Shown: piece after piece, positions 19,463-29,915 of the stretch
How positions within the stretch are numbered: position 1 is the stretch's first letter
Layout of the letters: each line of letters begins with the position of its first letter
Assembly (NCBI GenBank): GCA_964479665.1
Contig: CAYZNN010000007.1
Location: 3,843 to 67,842, forward strand
DNA: 64,000 bases
Reading direction: 5' to 3'
Source: an uncultured Rikenellaceae bacterium
GTDB taxonomy: Bacteria; Bacteroidota; Bacteroidia; Bacteroidales; Tenuifilaceae
Program-made: the position numbers and the translations under genes
The notes under the pieces: model-generated
The model's input: only the letters and a program-made list of their open reading frames with translations
What the model was told of the DNA's origin: nothing
Databases searched by the model: none

Positions 19463-20614
19463 CTAATGCTTGCCGTAATGCTTTAGGATGAATTTGTCCG
19501 ACAGGTAGTATAGTGCAGTGCCAAGCACCATGCCTATAAGGTAGCCATTGGGTAACCCGTTGGCGCAGAGCGCCACAAATATTGCGATGAAGAACATTTT
19601 TTTGTCTACAATTATATCCTTCACCAAAATTATAAGGGCTATGCCCTCGAAAAGCAGTATAACGCCAAGAATTGGTTTTGGAAAAACTAGTAATACCGAA
19701 GCGGAGTCGCCACTAAATGCAATTCCAAGTACAATAAAAAAGAGTCCGTAAATTAGGGTTGACCCACCTGTTCGCCCTCCAAATGTGTAGTGCCCAGCAA
19801 TTCCGCCCGAACCGTGGCAAACAGGAATTCCTCCCACAAACGAGCTGATAATATTCATAAACGAGTAGGTCGCTCCAATTTTAGTAACCGTTACCCTTTT
19901 TTCGGGAAAGTAATCCTTAACCAGCTGATTTGTTGCAAAAACCGAGTTGCCCAGCGACAGGGGTATTTGAGGTAAGGCAAGCACTACAAGGCCAGTTAGT
20001 ACATCGCTAAAACTTAACGATGGCAGCGAAAACTTTGGCAACGAAGGGGTAATGTGCGAAACCATTTCGAACTTAAAGAGGGCTATGTAAAGAAGCCCCA
20101 GAAGTAAAATGAAGATGGCAGGTGGATACTTTTTATTGCCTATGAGCACTATCCCAACCACAAAACTAGCAGCAGCAAAAATATAGCCCACATTGGCACC
20201 GGACGGGATATAGTCCTTTACGGCAAGCAAACACAGCTGCAAGCCCAAGCCAAGCTGAATGCCCCGAATTACAGTTTTAGGTATAACCTTGTTAAGCCAG
20301 GCGAGCAACCCCGTGACAGTAAGGGTAAGCATTATGACCCCAATGGCCAATCCTCCACCAAAAATTACCGAAGCGCTAATCTTTTGTGTTATAACAATTA
20401 GGGCAACAGCCTTAAGCGGTTGAACGGGCATGGGTAAACCGTAAATGTAGGCTGTAAAAATTTGAAGAATCCCAAATACTACTAGCGTGGTAGACACTTC
20501 GAGATTGGTTGCCAAAAGCATACCAACAATAAGGGGCAGGTCGGTGCCAATGTCGCCAAAAGCACCCGAAAATTCGTTTCGGTTAAACCGAACCTTACCC
20601 TTAAAAAAACTCAT
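19463..20614 (-). CDS. Putative sulfate/molybdate transporter (MOT1/SulP-like)
   Basis: The N-terminal FSGAFGDIGTDLPLIVGM motif is typical of the MOT1-type family. About 10 TM helices. The start is taken at MSFFKGK (20614). Confidence 0.7.
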   Translation of the reverse strand: MSFFKGKVRFNRNEFSGAFGDIGTDLPLIVGMLLATNLEVSTTLVVFGILQIFTAYIYGLPMPVQPLKAVALIVITQKISASVIFGGGLAIGVIMLTLTVTGLLAWLNKVIPKTVIRGIQLGLGLQLCLLAVKDYIPSGANVGYIFAAASFVVGIVLIGNKKYPPAIFILLLGLLYIALFKFEMVSHITPSLPKFSLPSLSFSDVLTGLVVLALPQIPLSLGNSVFATNQLVKDYFPEKRVTVTKIGATYSFMNIISSFVGGIPVCHGSGGIAGHYTFGGRTGGSTLIYGLFFIVLGIAFSGDSASVLLVFPKPILGVILLFEGIALIILVKDIIVDKKMFFIAIFVALCANGLPNGYLIGMVLGTALYYLSDKFILKHYGKH

Positions 20615-20618
20615 ACAG

Positions 20619-21917
20619 CTACGCCTCTTTTTTGGGTGCAATATACTTGTTGTAAAGTAGCAGGCCGATTATGGTTAATACACCAATACCGCTGAACATA
20701 AGCCAAAGCAATCCCGGGCGACCCATATTGGCTACAAACCGAACGTAGGTATATGCACCAAGAATGCCTCCAACAAAACTTCCTATTACACCATAAAGGA
20801 ATGAGTAACCAAGGTAAAGCGCCTTTTTATCGGGTGGTGCAATAAGTCCAACGTACGAAATAAATTTGGGGTGAGCCGTCATTTCGCCTATTGAGAAAAT
20901 GATCATACCCGCCATAAAAACCCATGCATGGGTCGAGATTGCCAAAATACCCATACCCGCTGTTCCCAAGGCAATACCAACAATCATGGTGGGAAGAGGT
21001 TTCGTGCTTTTTACAATGCTCGAAATGATAAGCTGAAGCAGAATAATAGTTCCAGCGTTAATAACGGTAACGTGCTCGGCGTCGAATTTCCACGAAGGGT
21101 TCTCAGCAAAGATTGCCAGCAGCGAGTTAACGGCATTGTTTACAGGAGTCATATCCATGTGTTCGGTAAGATACCAGAGCACCGTATCGAACATTTGGAA
21201 GTAGAGAATCCAAAAGCCCGAGTATATAACAATCATAGAAACGAACCGGTAGTCCTTCAGAACCGATACTACACCAATTAAAGCATCGGTAATTTTTTTA
21301 GGCACAACGGGCCTTTCGGGTTCGCGGTAAACAAAAATATTGAGGAATACAAGCCAGCCCGTTCCAATGGCAGCCATTAGGAATATATAATTCCAGCCCA
21401 TATCTTTTAGGATAGGAACCAGAATTAATGGGAAAACAAATGCGCCAAGGTTAATCGACCAGTAGAAAATACCAAATCCGAGTCCCGAGTTGCTTTCGTT
21501 GGTGGTTCGGGCAATGGTTCCGGATATTAGCGGCTTAAAGAAACCGGCACCGGTAGCCATAAGCAAAAGGCTCAGGAATACCATGGAGTAAGATGTGCTA
21601 ATGCTTGTAAAGAAATAGCCTAGCGACATTACAATGAAGGCAAAGAGCAGCGTTTTTTTGTAGCCAAACTGGTCGCCAATGGCACCACTAAGTATTGGAA
21701 GTATATAGAGTAATGGGGTTATAGTACTTTTAATAACACCAACGCTCTCCTTCGAGAATCCCAGCCCCCCCTGTGCAGTATCGAGCACAAGGTAAACCGA
21801 AAGCACCGACATTACACCGTAGTACGAGCCCCTTTCGAAAAACTCCATTACAATTACCGTCCAAAAATTCTTTGGAAACGACCAAATACCGCTTTTCGCT
21901 TTTTTATCCATATTCAT
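20619..21917 (-). CDS. MFS peptide transporter (POT/PTR2 family)
   Basis: FWTVIVMEFFERGSYYGVMSVLSVYL matches the ExxERFxYYG-type motif. There are 12 or more TM helices. Confidence 0.82.
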   Translation of the reverse strand: MNMDKKAKSGIWSFPKNFWTVIVMEFFERGSYYGVMSVLSVYLVLDTAQGGLGFSKESVGVIKSTITPLLYILPILSGAIGDQFGYKKTLLFAFIVMSLGYFFTSISTSYSMVFLSLLLMATGAGFFKPLISGTIARTTNESNSGLGFGIFYWSINLGAFVFPLILVPILKDMGWNYIFLMAAIGTGWLVFLNIFVYREPERPVVPKKITDALIGVVSVLKDYRFVSMIVIYSGFWILYFQMFDTVLWYLTEHMDMTPVNNAVNSLLAIFAENPSWKFDAEHVTVINAGTIILLQLIISSIVKSTKPLPTMIVGIALGTAGMGILAISTHAWVFMAGMIIFSIGEMTAHPKFISYVGLIAPPDKKALYLGYSFLYGVIGSFVGGILGAYTYVRFVANMGRPGLLWLMFSGIGVLTIIGLLLYNKYIAPKKEA

Positions 21918-21965
21918 TGTAGTTCAGTTAAAACATGCCCGAAGAAAATGAAAAAAATTGGAAAT

Positions 21966-21992
21966 CGAAAATGCCCAACTATAAGTTGGGCA
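21966..21992 (-). terminator. Intrinsic terminator downstream of the coiled-coil protein gene
   Basis: A 9-bp stem, tgcccaact (21972-21980) with agttgggca (21984-21992), and a 3-nt loop. On the minus strand it is followed by TTTTCGATTTCC. Confidence 0.6.
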
Positions 21993-22017
21993 ATGGGGGA
22001 ATTTATGTGGCTATTAG

Positions 22018-22518
22018 TTATTTTTTTGCAGCTTTTTCGGCATCCTTCAGTGCTTTTTCAGCACCCTTCTTTTTATCCTTAGCCTTCGAAAGGTTTGCTT
22101 TTCCTTTCTGAACCAATTTAGTACCAGTGTCGTAATTTTTAATGGCAATTTTGTACCGGTTGTTCCAATCCTTCATGTCGGCCTTGAACTGATCGTCAAC
22201 TTGTTTCATTTCTGCTTTGGCTTGGGCAACTTCTTCCTTATCCCTTGAGCGAAGCTGTTTCTCTAACGGTTTTTTGGCGTTGAAATAGTCGCGATTTAGG
22301 TTTTTTTCCTCAGCGGCCAAAGACTTCAATTCAATTTCAGCGTCCTTCATCAAGTTTATTCCAACCTCAATAAGGCTATCGGCAGAAAATATAAGGGCAT
22401 CGGCTTGGTCAACCTTCAATTGCATCGAGGCAACTTTGTCTTGCTTTTTGACCTGAGCAAAAGAACAAATGGTAAGAAGCAATATGGAAAATGAGAAGAG
22501 CAGAGCAAATTTATTCAT
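22018..22518 (-). CDS. Exported Lys/Glu-rich coiled-coil protein
   Basis: Signal peptide MNKFALLFSFSILLLTICSFA/QV, then heptad-like KxxE-rich sequence to the C-terminus (..KAKDKKKGAEKALKDAEKAAKK). The start is at the internal ATG 22518. Confidence 0.55.
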   Translation of the reverse strand: MNKFALLFSFSILLLTICSFAQVKKQDKVASMQLKVDQADALIFSADSLIEVGINLMKDAEIELKSLAAEEKNLNRDYFNAKKPLEKQLRSRDKEEVAQAKAEMKQVDDQFKADMKDWNNRYKIAIKNYDTGTKLVQKGKANLSKAKDKKKGAEKALKDAEKAAKK

Positions 22519-22637
22519 AGGCAGCGTATTTAATGCAAAACTAGTTGATATGCGTTCAAAAATAGGAAAAGGATTGGAAAGTATTGAAAGAAATAGTAGG
22601 AAAAATTGAAAGGGAAGGGTAACCTTCCCTTTCAACA

Positions 22638-24623
22638 CTATTTGCGAACAAAAATGAAATCGCCACCCTGATCCCCCGTGTCCTTAATGTCGCCATATTG
22701 AGGAACAGTTGTAGTACTGTTTATTACTTCCTGTTTGAAACTGCTGAAAAGTTCCTCGGCCGTAATATATCCAAGCGTGTTTTCTTCGAGCCTATTAACG
22801 AGATGTTTAAGAAACGCGCTGTTGTCGGGTACTTCGGTTAGGTTTCCGCTGGTCATTGCTTTACGGCTGGGCTTATCGTAAACCTTATTTATTCTTTCGG
22901 CAGCTTCGCTGAATGCTTTGCGCGTTTTAAAAATACCTCCACTGAAGCAAGCATCGGCAATTAGGAGTGTGTGTTTACTTTTTATTGCAGCTACATAGTC
23001 TTTAATTTGGCTGTTTGCCATCCAATTAGAAGTACTGCGAGCAGTTGCATCGGCAGGTAGCCAGTAACCTAGTTCGGTTTCAGGGTCCCAGTAACCATGG
23101 CCAGCAAAGAAGACTAGTAGGTTGTCGTTTTTCCCTACCCTTCGGGTTAACCTGTCGAATTCATCGATTATTTGAGCACGAGTAGCATTTTTAATGAAAA
23201 TGATATCGTTTGGATCGAATGTGTACTTTTGGGTTAGTACGTTGTACAGTTTTTGGGCATCGCTAACCGGATTGCTAAGTGATGCAATGTTAGGATCGGG
23301 GTATTCATTTACCCCCACTATAAATGCATAGAATTTTGGTGCTCTAGGTGTGTCGAAAACCAAATCGAGCTCCTCGGTGTCAGAAACGGCTTTGGGGGTT
23401 GAATTATCCTTAAAGTATACAATGAAACGCCTTTCAATGCTGTTTTTCCGTTTATCGATGGCACGAATTACAACATCGTTTCTTCCTGTTTTAAGGGGTA
23501 TGTCGGCTTCGAAAGATACTCCATCAGCCAGAATTCGGGCACTTTTCCCATTGATTACAACATCGAAAAGGCCGCTGTCGTCGGTAGCTGAACCTTTCAC
23601 TGTAATGACTCTTTCAGTAACGGCTATGCCTTCGGGGGCTGTTCCAACTGAACGCAAGCGTTTGTCATCGAGCCCTTGCGACGATTGTGCGTAGGGTCTG
23701 CCGCGGGTTGTTTCGCTACCGGTAAGTTTAACGCCCTCGGGCGAAATAACAGTGACAACAGGGGGGGTAGTATCGGCTGGCTCAGCGGGTTTCGGTTTCT
23801 GAATATTTATGCTTGCGGTAACAGTCGATTCCATTTTTTTCGATACGCTAGTAGCCATCGACGTGGTAGGCTTATCGGATATGGGTAGGTCGCGGAATTG
23901 CAGGTTGCTGGTTTCAAGTTTGTCCAATCCGAACTGTGAGAATGTTAGCACTTCGGCACCAACGTTTAGGCGCATAACCCTTTCAAAATCAGTAGGAACC
24001 TGCTCAAATGTGAAGGTTGCTTGTACCGTTTCGTTTGCCTTCAAGGTTCGCTGAGGGGTTGAGTAGCGCTGTCCACCAATAACTTCACCTAGTTTCCCTT
24101 TTTGTGCATCGATGTTGCGTTTTTTAAAGTCGGTTAACGTTATTAGTCCGTTTATAAGTTTAAGGTCGCGCTGAGGCCCATTGTTGGTAATGCTCAGCAC
24201 AAGTTCAATTTGGTTATTTGGCAAACGGTGCAGGCTTACCAGTTTAAAGTCGAACTTGCTGAAATCTTCCTGTAGCGCTTTAGTAGAACGGGTGTTGCCA
24301 ATTACTTTGAAAACCACATCGCCCTGAAGCAAGGGTAAATCTTTAAGAACATCCCATACAATAATTTGGTTTCTACCACCATAAACACTGTTTCCCACAT
24401 TACCCACCATGGTTTTCATGGGAATGAATGTGCGGCCACCATCGGTTGAGTAGGAGGGAGAGATATTAAAAATTTGACCGAGTTGCTCGCCTGAAATGGA
24501 GTACTCAATATTTACCTTTTCGCCCAGCTGCTTTACTTTCATTCCCTGAAAATCCTGAGAATTCAGGGAGCCAAAATGAAGCAATGCTACAAGTGTTGCC
24601 AGAGTGCCTACAATCCTTTTCAT
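22638..24623 (-). CDS. Secreted caspase-family (peptidase C14) protein with N-terminal beta-rich domains
   Basis: Signal peptide ...HFGSLNS/QD. The C-terminal caspase fold has His in LLVFFAGHGYW and Cys in LLIADACFSGG. A Pro/Thr linker (PKPAEPADTTPPVVTV) separates the N-terminal domains. Confidence 0.85.
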   Translation of the reverse strand: MKRIVGTLATLVALLHFGSLNSQDFQGMKVKQLGEKVNIEYSISGEQLGQIFNISPSYSTDGGRTFIPMKTMVGNVGNSVYGGRNQIIVWDVLKDLPLLQGDVVFKVIGNTRSTKALQEDFSKFDFKLVSLHRLPNNQIELVLSITNNGPQRDLKLINGLITLTDFKKRNIDAQKGKLGEVIGGQRYSTPQRTLKANETVQATFTFEQVPTDFERVMRLNVGAEVLTFSQFGLDKLETSNLQFRDLPISDKPTTSMATSVSKKMESTVTASINIQKPKPAEPADTTPPVVTVISPEGVKLTGSETTRGRPYAQSSQGLDDKRLRSVGTAPEGIAVTERVITVKGSATDDSGLFDVVINGKSARILADGVSFEADIPLKTGRNDVVIRAIDKRKNSIERRFIVYFKDNSTPKAVSDTEELDLVFDTPRAPKFYAFIVGVNEYPDPNIASLSNPVSDAQKLYNVLTQKYTFDPNDIIFIKNATRAQIIDEFDRLTRRVGKNDNLLVFFAGHGYWDPETELGYWLPADATARSTSNWMANSQIKDYVAAIKSKHTLLIADACFSGGIFKTRKAFSEAAERINKVYDKPSRKAMTSGNLTEVPDNSAFLKHLVNRLEENTLGYITAEELFSSFKQEVINSTTTVPQYGDIKDTGDQGGDFIFVRK

Positions 24624-24668
24624 GCCTTCAAGTTATTATGTTATTAATTAGAATTTTATGCTTTAAAA

Positions 24669-25700
24669 CTATTTCAATGGAAAATCTTTGAGGTTAAAGT
24701 TATAACCAATGCTGTCTCTACCAAATTCAATGCCAATTAAATTCATTTGCACATTTTTTACTGCCACCTCCCTGTATAGGGCTGCGTTGCTGGCAGACTG
24801 TTGATTTCCTACCGATTTAATACGTACTTTAGATTGTTCGGTGGTTAGGGTTAATGTTCGCAGAAGATCCTTAACATATTGGCCCCATAACCCATTGTAA
24901 CATATAAGAGGCGTTGCGTTACCTTGTGAATTTGCCCCAATGTACTTATAGTAGTATAAGGGAAACTCTTGTTCTTCTCCACCAAAACCGGAGCGATAAA
25001 GGAACCTATTTCCTTTCTCTCTGTATAGGTTGTGAGAGTTCATTGGCGATTGTCCAATTTTTCGAACCGAGGTCGATAGTTCGTACTCAGCTTGAGGTTC
25101 GAAAGCTTCGTTCACCTGAGCTTCAATATAAAGTACCGTTCCAACTGCGGAAAACATTTGTTTTTCGTTACTAAAGCTATTGATTGTATACTTAACAATC
25201 ACAATGGCCTCATTGTAGCGGGTAAAGTGTTGGTCAACTAATACAAAATGAGTGCTATCTGCAATGGCACCGCCAGTTATTTTAAAGTAAGTGTCAAATC
25301 GTTGTCGGTAGGTTGTGTACCTGCCATCCTTATGTTCAGTAGTGTAAACATCGCGAAAGTACTGAAGTTTAGCCCTGCTGAAGACAATTGCCATTACTTT
25401 TGCACGATAAACTGCCTGTTGAATGGCTTGTTCCTTAGGCATATCGGGGTCGGAAATGCCAATAGCATAGGTTGACTCTTCTGAGGCTTGTGGGGGATTG
25501 AAAAACCAAGCTGGGATGGTATCGGGGTAGTAGCTGAGTTTGTTTATATTTTTAAAGGCACCGAATGTGGCTATGCCCGATTGTTTGGCTTGTGTTTCTT
25601 TCTGAAATATTTTTTCGAAATCAGAACCCTGAGCCCAAGTTAATAATGGCAGTAAGAACATGAATGCCGAAAAGAAAAGGGAAAGTAAATATTGTTGCAT
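24669..25700 (-). CDS. Exported hypothetical protein with an LPP20-like N-terminal region
   Basis: Signal peptide MQQYLLSLFFSAFMFLLPLLTWA/QG. IPAWFFNPPQ...YAIGISDPDM...AIQQAVYRAKVMAI resembles the LPP20 lipoprotein family pattern. Confidence 0.45.
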   Translation of the reverse strand: MQQYLLSLFFSAFMFLLPLLTWAQGSDFEKIFQKETQAKQSGIATFGAFKNINKLSYYPDTIPAWFFNPPQASEESTYAIGISDPDMPKEQAIQQAVYRAKVMAIVFSRAKLQYFRDVYTTEHKDGRYTTYRQRFDTYFKITGGAIADSTHFVLVDQHFTRYNEAIVIVKYTINSFSNEKQMFSAVGTVLYIEAQVNEAFEPQAEYELSTSVRKIGQSPMNSHNLYREKGNRFLYRSGFGGEEQEFPLYYYKYIGANSQGNATPLICYNGLWGQYVKDLLRTLTLTTEQSKVRIKSVGNQQSASNAALYREVAVKNVQMNLIGIEFGRDSIGYNFNLKDFPLK

Positions 25701-25821
25701 AAGCGATAATTTGATTTTATGTATTGCGAAAGTTATGAAAATATGGCAAGGCATGGTCAAAATCCTTGCCCATTTTTTTAAAAATGCCTTTTGGTTCTAT
25801 GAATAGTATTTTCTAAGCGAT

Positions 25822-25847
25822 AAAAAAGCCCGGACGATTGCCGGGCT
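25822..25847 (-). terminator. Intrinsic terminator of fabD
   Basis: Stem agcccgg (25827-25833) pairs with ccgggct (25841-25847). On the minus strand it is followed by TTTTTTAT. Confidence 0.65.
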
Positions 25848-25870
25848 TTATGGAAACTCAATAATATGAA

Positions 25871-26758
25871 TTAGCTTAAGGTTTGAATTGACTGAACACT
25901 AGCTTCTGGACTGACCTTCTTTATAAGCCCTTGCAATACGTTGCCCGGACCAAGTTCTGTAAAGTCGTTGGCGCCATCGGAAACCATGTTTTGCATTATT
26001 TGGGTCCAACGAACAGGAGAGGTTAATTGCGAAATAAGGTTTTTCTTAATCTCGCTTGGATTTGTATGGGCTTTAGCATCGAAATTTTGATATATTGGGC
26101 AAATAGGTTCGTTGAATGGTGTAGCTTCAATGGCTATTGCAAGTTCAATGTGGGCCGATTCCATAAGTGGACTATGAAAAGCGCCTCCCACTTTTAAAGG
26201 CAATGCTCTTTTTGCACCAGCTTCTTTTAGCTTTTCGCAGGCAATTTCAATTCCCTTCATTGAGCCCGAAATAACAAGTTGTCCGGGGCTATTGTAGTTT
26301 GCAGGTACTACAATCTCGGGAATTTCAGCGCATATTTTTTCAACAACAGCATCATCGAGCCCAAGAATAGCGGCCATTGTAGATGGTTCTCTCTCGCAGG
26401 CTTTTTGCATGGCCATGGCACGTTTCGACACGAGCACCAATCCATCTTCGAACGACAGGGCGTTGGCAGCAACCAGGGCCGAGAATTCACCAAGAGAATG
26501 GCCTGCAACCATTTCGGGTTTAAACTTATCGCCCAACACTTTGGCTAAAATTACAGAATGAAGGAAAATGGCTGGTTGGGTAACCTTAGTCTGACGTAAA
26601 TCCTCGTCGGTACCCGAGAACATAAAATCGGTTATACGAAACCCAAGAATTGTATTGGCTTTTTCGAAAAGTTCCTTTGCCAGAGCAGAATTCTCGTATA
26701 GGTCCTTGCCCATACCTACAAATTGTGCGCCTTGGCCCGGAAAAACGAATGCTTTCAT
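25871..26758 (-). CDS. fabD: ACP S-malonyltransferase
   Basis: FVFPGQGAQFVGMG, active-site motif AGHSLGEFSALV, GAFHSPLM, and VRW near the C-terminus. Confidence 0.93.
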   Translation of the reverse strand: MKAFVFPGQGAQFVGMGKDLYENSALAKELFEKANTILGFRITDFMFSGTDEDLRQTKVTQPAIFLHSVILAKVLGDKFKPEMVAGHSLGEFSALVAANALSFEDGLVLVSKRAMAMQKACEREPSTMAAILGLDDAVVEKICAEIPEIVVPANYNSPGQLVISGSMKGIEIACEKLKEAGAKRALPLKVGGAFHSPLMESAHIELAIAIEATPFNEPICPIYQNFDAKAHTNPSEIKKNLISQLTSPVRWTQIMQNMVSDGANDFTELGPGNVLQGLIKKVSPEASVQSIQTLS

Positions 26759-26819
26759 GTTTGGTTAGTTTTTAATTTACCCAGCAAAAATAAAACATTT
26801 TATTGTTCTCGCTATTTAA

Positions 26820-27587
26820 TTACCCGCTATCTGCTTGAGCGTCTTTAAAAGAGGGAATAAATACCCTAATCGATCCATAAAAAATTAGCAAAGGCCCATT
26901 CTGAAGAGCCGTTCCCTCAAGGGGTTGCGATGTGGTATATTGAGTTATATTTTCATAATATATGGATTTAGCCGGCATTGTAGAATTGGCTCCCGCTGCT
27001 ATTTGTATGAAATTGCTAACGGTATAATTGGTTTCAATTGCAGCCTGAAAGGTGAAAAAAGTTGAGCTGGGTCTGTGCCCAATGGCAACCGTAACGCCTG
27101 GGTCCTGGGTGATGTTGCCCGATACAATTTGCTCTATTGTAATTGGGCCATCGGCCCAAAACGAAATGTTTCTGCTTCCATTGAGAGAGGTGAGCAGTCC
27201 AATTCCAATTTTAGGAACAATTTCCATATTCTTAATAATTTCGAACCTAAAGCCTGCATTCAATGGGAAATGACGCAGGTCGATATGGAAAAACCTGTCT
27301 GCTCCATGATTTACTGAAGGAGTTCCACTACTGTTTGGGATGAAATAGGGGGTGCGATTCGAAATTCCACTAATACCCGTTTCAAACGTTAGGTGATTAA
27401 AATTAATTCCAAAGCGCAATACAAAATGGCCATCGGTTATGGTAGCAATCCTGTTAGGAGTGGCGTTACTGCTGAATAGGTAATTACTACGTAAAATGCC
27501 CGTTTCAATGCCAATCCATATTCTATTTTGACCCGAAAGGCAAATGGATTGTAGGGCAAAGAGAGCAGCAACAATATACTTATACAT
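26820..27587 (-). CDS. Hypothetical outer-membrane beta-barrel protein
   Basis: Signal peptide MYKYIVAALFALQSICLSG/QN, then alternating hydrophobic beta-strand pattern. It starts 15 nt after the upstream kinase gene. Confidence 0.5.
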   Translation of the reverse strand: MYKYIVAALFALQSICLSGQNRIWIGIETGILRSNYLFSSNATPNRIATITDGHFVLRFGINFNHLTFETGISGISNRTPYFIPNSSGTPSVNHGADRFFHIDLRHFPLNAGFRFEIIKNMEIVPKIGIGLLTSLNGSRNISFWADGPITIEQIVSGNITQDPGVTVAIGHRPSSTFFTFQAAIETNYTVSNFIQIAAGANSTMPAKSIYYENITQYTTSQPLEGTALQNGPLLIFYGSIRVFIPSFKDAQADSG

Positions 27588-27602
27588 GATATTAAAACGA
27601 TG

Positions 27603-29906
27603 TTAATCAGTTTTAATGGGAAGATTGACTGTTACGGTGGTTCCAGCGCCAACTTCCGATTCAAAATCTAACCAACCGTTGTGTTCCTGAATAATGCTAT
27701 ATGTAATTGCAAGCCCCAGGCCGGTTCCTTTGCCGGGCTCCTTGGTAGTGAAAAAAGGGTCGGTTATTTTTCTCATATTCTCCTCCGCAATTCCGCATCC
27801 CGTATCGGAAATGGAAACAATTAAATATTTTTTATCAATAGTTGTTGATATTTTTATGGTGCCAGGCCCATCGATTGACTGAACTGCATTGGATATCAAA
27901 TTTAAAAATGCCTGATGCAGTTTTCCCTCCTTGCCAAATAGTTGAAACTGGCTTTGGGTGAAATTTTTGATTAAATTAATTCTGTTTTTGGTTTGGTTCT
28001 CGAGCATCAGGAAACAATTGTCGATTATCATGTGCAGGTCGCATGAGAAGGATCCCGATTCATCCTGCCGGCTGTAACGGTTAAGGCTAATAACAATATC
28101 GGACACCCTTTTCACTCCGGTTTCAATGCTGCTTATTAGCATTCTAAAATCCTCCGTATCAAGCCCTTTTTCTTTCATAAGCACCTCAAGGGCAGATACG
28201 CCAGACTGAATGTAATTTAGTGGATTATTTACTTCGTGAGCAACCCCAGCAGCTAGTATACCTAAGGAGGCCATTTTTTCGGAGTGAATAAGTAGGTTCT
28301 GAGCGTTTTTGAGATTCTCGAGGGTTGTTTCCAGCTCTTTGCGTTGCTCATAGAGCAACTCATTATTAGCTGAGAGTTCCTCATTGGCAGCAGCCAATTC
28401 CTCGGTCCGTTCCTTAACCAGATACTCCAAATGGTTTTTGTACTTGTTGAGTTCAATAGCTACTTTTTTCTTTTCGGTTATATCCCTTACAACCGCTAAA
28501 ATTCTATTTTCTTCCTGAATAATTGCTTTGCGTAGCGAAACTTCCACCCAAAACAATTCTCCATTTTTTCTTCTGGCTTGCCAGTCGAATGTTTGGGGGC
28601 CCACAGTTAATGCCTTGTCTAGATTTTTCTTGGCAAATTCTAAAGTGTATTCAAACTGGTTCGATGAAAATGCAGCAACTGTTTGGTCTAGCACTTCACT
28701 TTTACTCGAGTATCCGTACATTTGAAGCATAACCTCGTTAACATCAATTATTTCGCCGTTAATTGAATCGTGAATAAAGATTGCTTCGCTGGTAGAATTG
28801 AATATGGTTCGGTAGTTTCTTTCGCTTTCCTGGATTTGTCTGATCGATGATTGCAGCGAAATTTCGTAGTTTCTGCGGTCGATAATATTAATGATTAAGT
28901 AAAGTAGCAGCAAAAGGCCAATGGCAAGTATGCCATACGAAACGTATTGAAGCTGTTTTGAACGATAGGTTGCTTCCTTTATAGGAACTTCGGCCATTAT
29001 ATACCAAGGGTTAACATTTTTCCCAATTGTAATTGGGTAGAAGAACCGGAAAACTTTTTCTCCTAAAAAATTGGAATAGTCTTCCACGCTCAGTTCGTTT
29101 CCGGCTTTAAGGTTATTGCTAATTACCGAGTCGGGGTCGTTAATTATCTCGAAAAAGTATTTGGTAATGTATGTCGAATCGGCATGTGAAACCACAAGCC
29201 CATTTCCCGATATTAGAGTTAGAAAGCCTTTATTGTAAAGTCTGTTATTGCTAATTTTGGTATGTAATGAGTCTAGATTTAAATCGATGGCAAAAACCCC
29301 TAGAAATTCATTGTTAATCATAATGGGTAACACAACAGATGTTTCAAAAAAATCGTAGGGGTGACCTTGGTATTTATAAAAGTAAGGTTCTATAAGTAGC
29401 TCCTTTTTCAATTGTTTAGGAATGGTGTAATAATCCTCAAGGTAATCAGCCGGATGCGTTTTCTCAATGAAAATGGAGTCTTTATATCGAAAAAAAGTGG
29501 TTGAGAAGTGACCCAGGGAGTCGAAAAAATGTGACCCAATATATTCAACGTCCCTGTTGTCGAATGCGTTGGGTTCCCACATGGTCCATGTTGCCAAAAA
29601 GTTGGGATTGCTTTTTAGCGTGGTTAATAGCATTTCGATTACTTCTGTTCGGTTGGCACCCAACTGATGGTAAATAATTCCGCGTTGGTTCATCGATCGT
29701 GCAGCCATAAGCGCAGACCTAAGATAGTTTTCAGTTTCTACGGCGGCTTTTCGCGAAACTTCTTTGGCTATCTGTTTCGAATCATTATAGCTCCAATGGG
29801 TTAAATTAATCCCTAGGTAAACAAAAAGTGTAATGAAAATGAGTGCCGTCAAAATAGCGGCAACAATGGCTAACCGAATGCTTGATAGTACTTTAAGTTT
29901 AGCCAT
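27603..29906 (-). CDS. Sensor histidine kinase (TM, Cache-like periplasmic domain, TM, PAS, HisKA, HATPase)
   Basis: N-terminal TM, Cache-like [10 protein letters not shown]...EPYFYKY...[15 protein letters not shown], second TM, PAS ([19 protein letters not shown]), H-box [13 protein letters not shown]-box LISNAVQS, G-boxes DTGCGI and GTGLGLA. Confidence 0.88.
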   Translation of the reverse strand: MAKLKVLSSIRLAIVAAILTALIFITLFVYLGINLTHWSYNDSKQIAKEVSRKAAVETENYLRSALMAARSMNQRGIIYHQLGANRTEVIEMLLTTLKSNPNFLATWTMWEPNAFDNRDVEYIGSHFFDSLGHFSTTFFRYKDSIFIEKTHPADYLEDYYTIPKQLKKELLIEPYFYKYQGHPYDFFETSVVLPIMINNEFLGVFAIDLNLDSLHTKISNNRLYNKGFLTLISGNGLVVSHADSTYITKYFFEIINDPDSVISNNLKAGNELSVEDYSNFLGEKVFRFFYPITIGKNVNPWYIMAEVPIKEATYRSKQLQYVSYGILAIGLLLLLYLIINIIDRRNYEISLQSSIRQIQESERNYRTIFNSTSEAIFIHDSINGEIIDVNEVMLQMYGYSSKSEVLDQTVAAFSSNQFEYTLEFAKKNLDKALTVGPQTFDWQARRKNGELFWVEVSLRKAIIQEENRILAVVRDITEKKKVAIELNKYKNHLEYLVKERTEELAAANEELSANNELLYEQRKELETTLENLKNAQNLLIHSEKMASLGILAAGVAHEVNNPLNYIQSGVSALEVLMKEKGLDTEDFRMLISSIETGVKRVSDIVISLNRYSRQDESGSFSCDLHMIIDNCFLMLENQTKNRINLIKNFTQSQFQLFGKEGKLHQAFLNLISNAVQSIDGPGTIKISTTIDKKYLIVSISDTGCGIAEENMRKITDPFFTTKEPGKGTGLGLAITYSIIQEHNGWLDFESEVGAGTTVTVNLPIKTD

Positions 29907-29915
29907 TTTCAGACT

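Noticed and set aside
22519-22638. N-terminal extensions in the ORF track (also 25701-25760, 32533-32652, 47734-47826, 48938-48988, 13821-13865, 7268-7300)
   Set aside because: In each case an internal ATG begins a canonical signal peptide or conserved N-terminus, and the extension overlaps the upstream gene or its terminator. The shorter starts were preferred.
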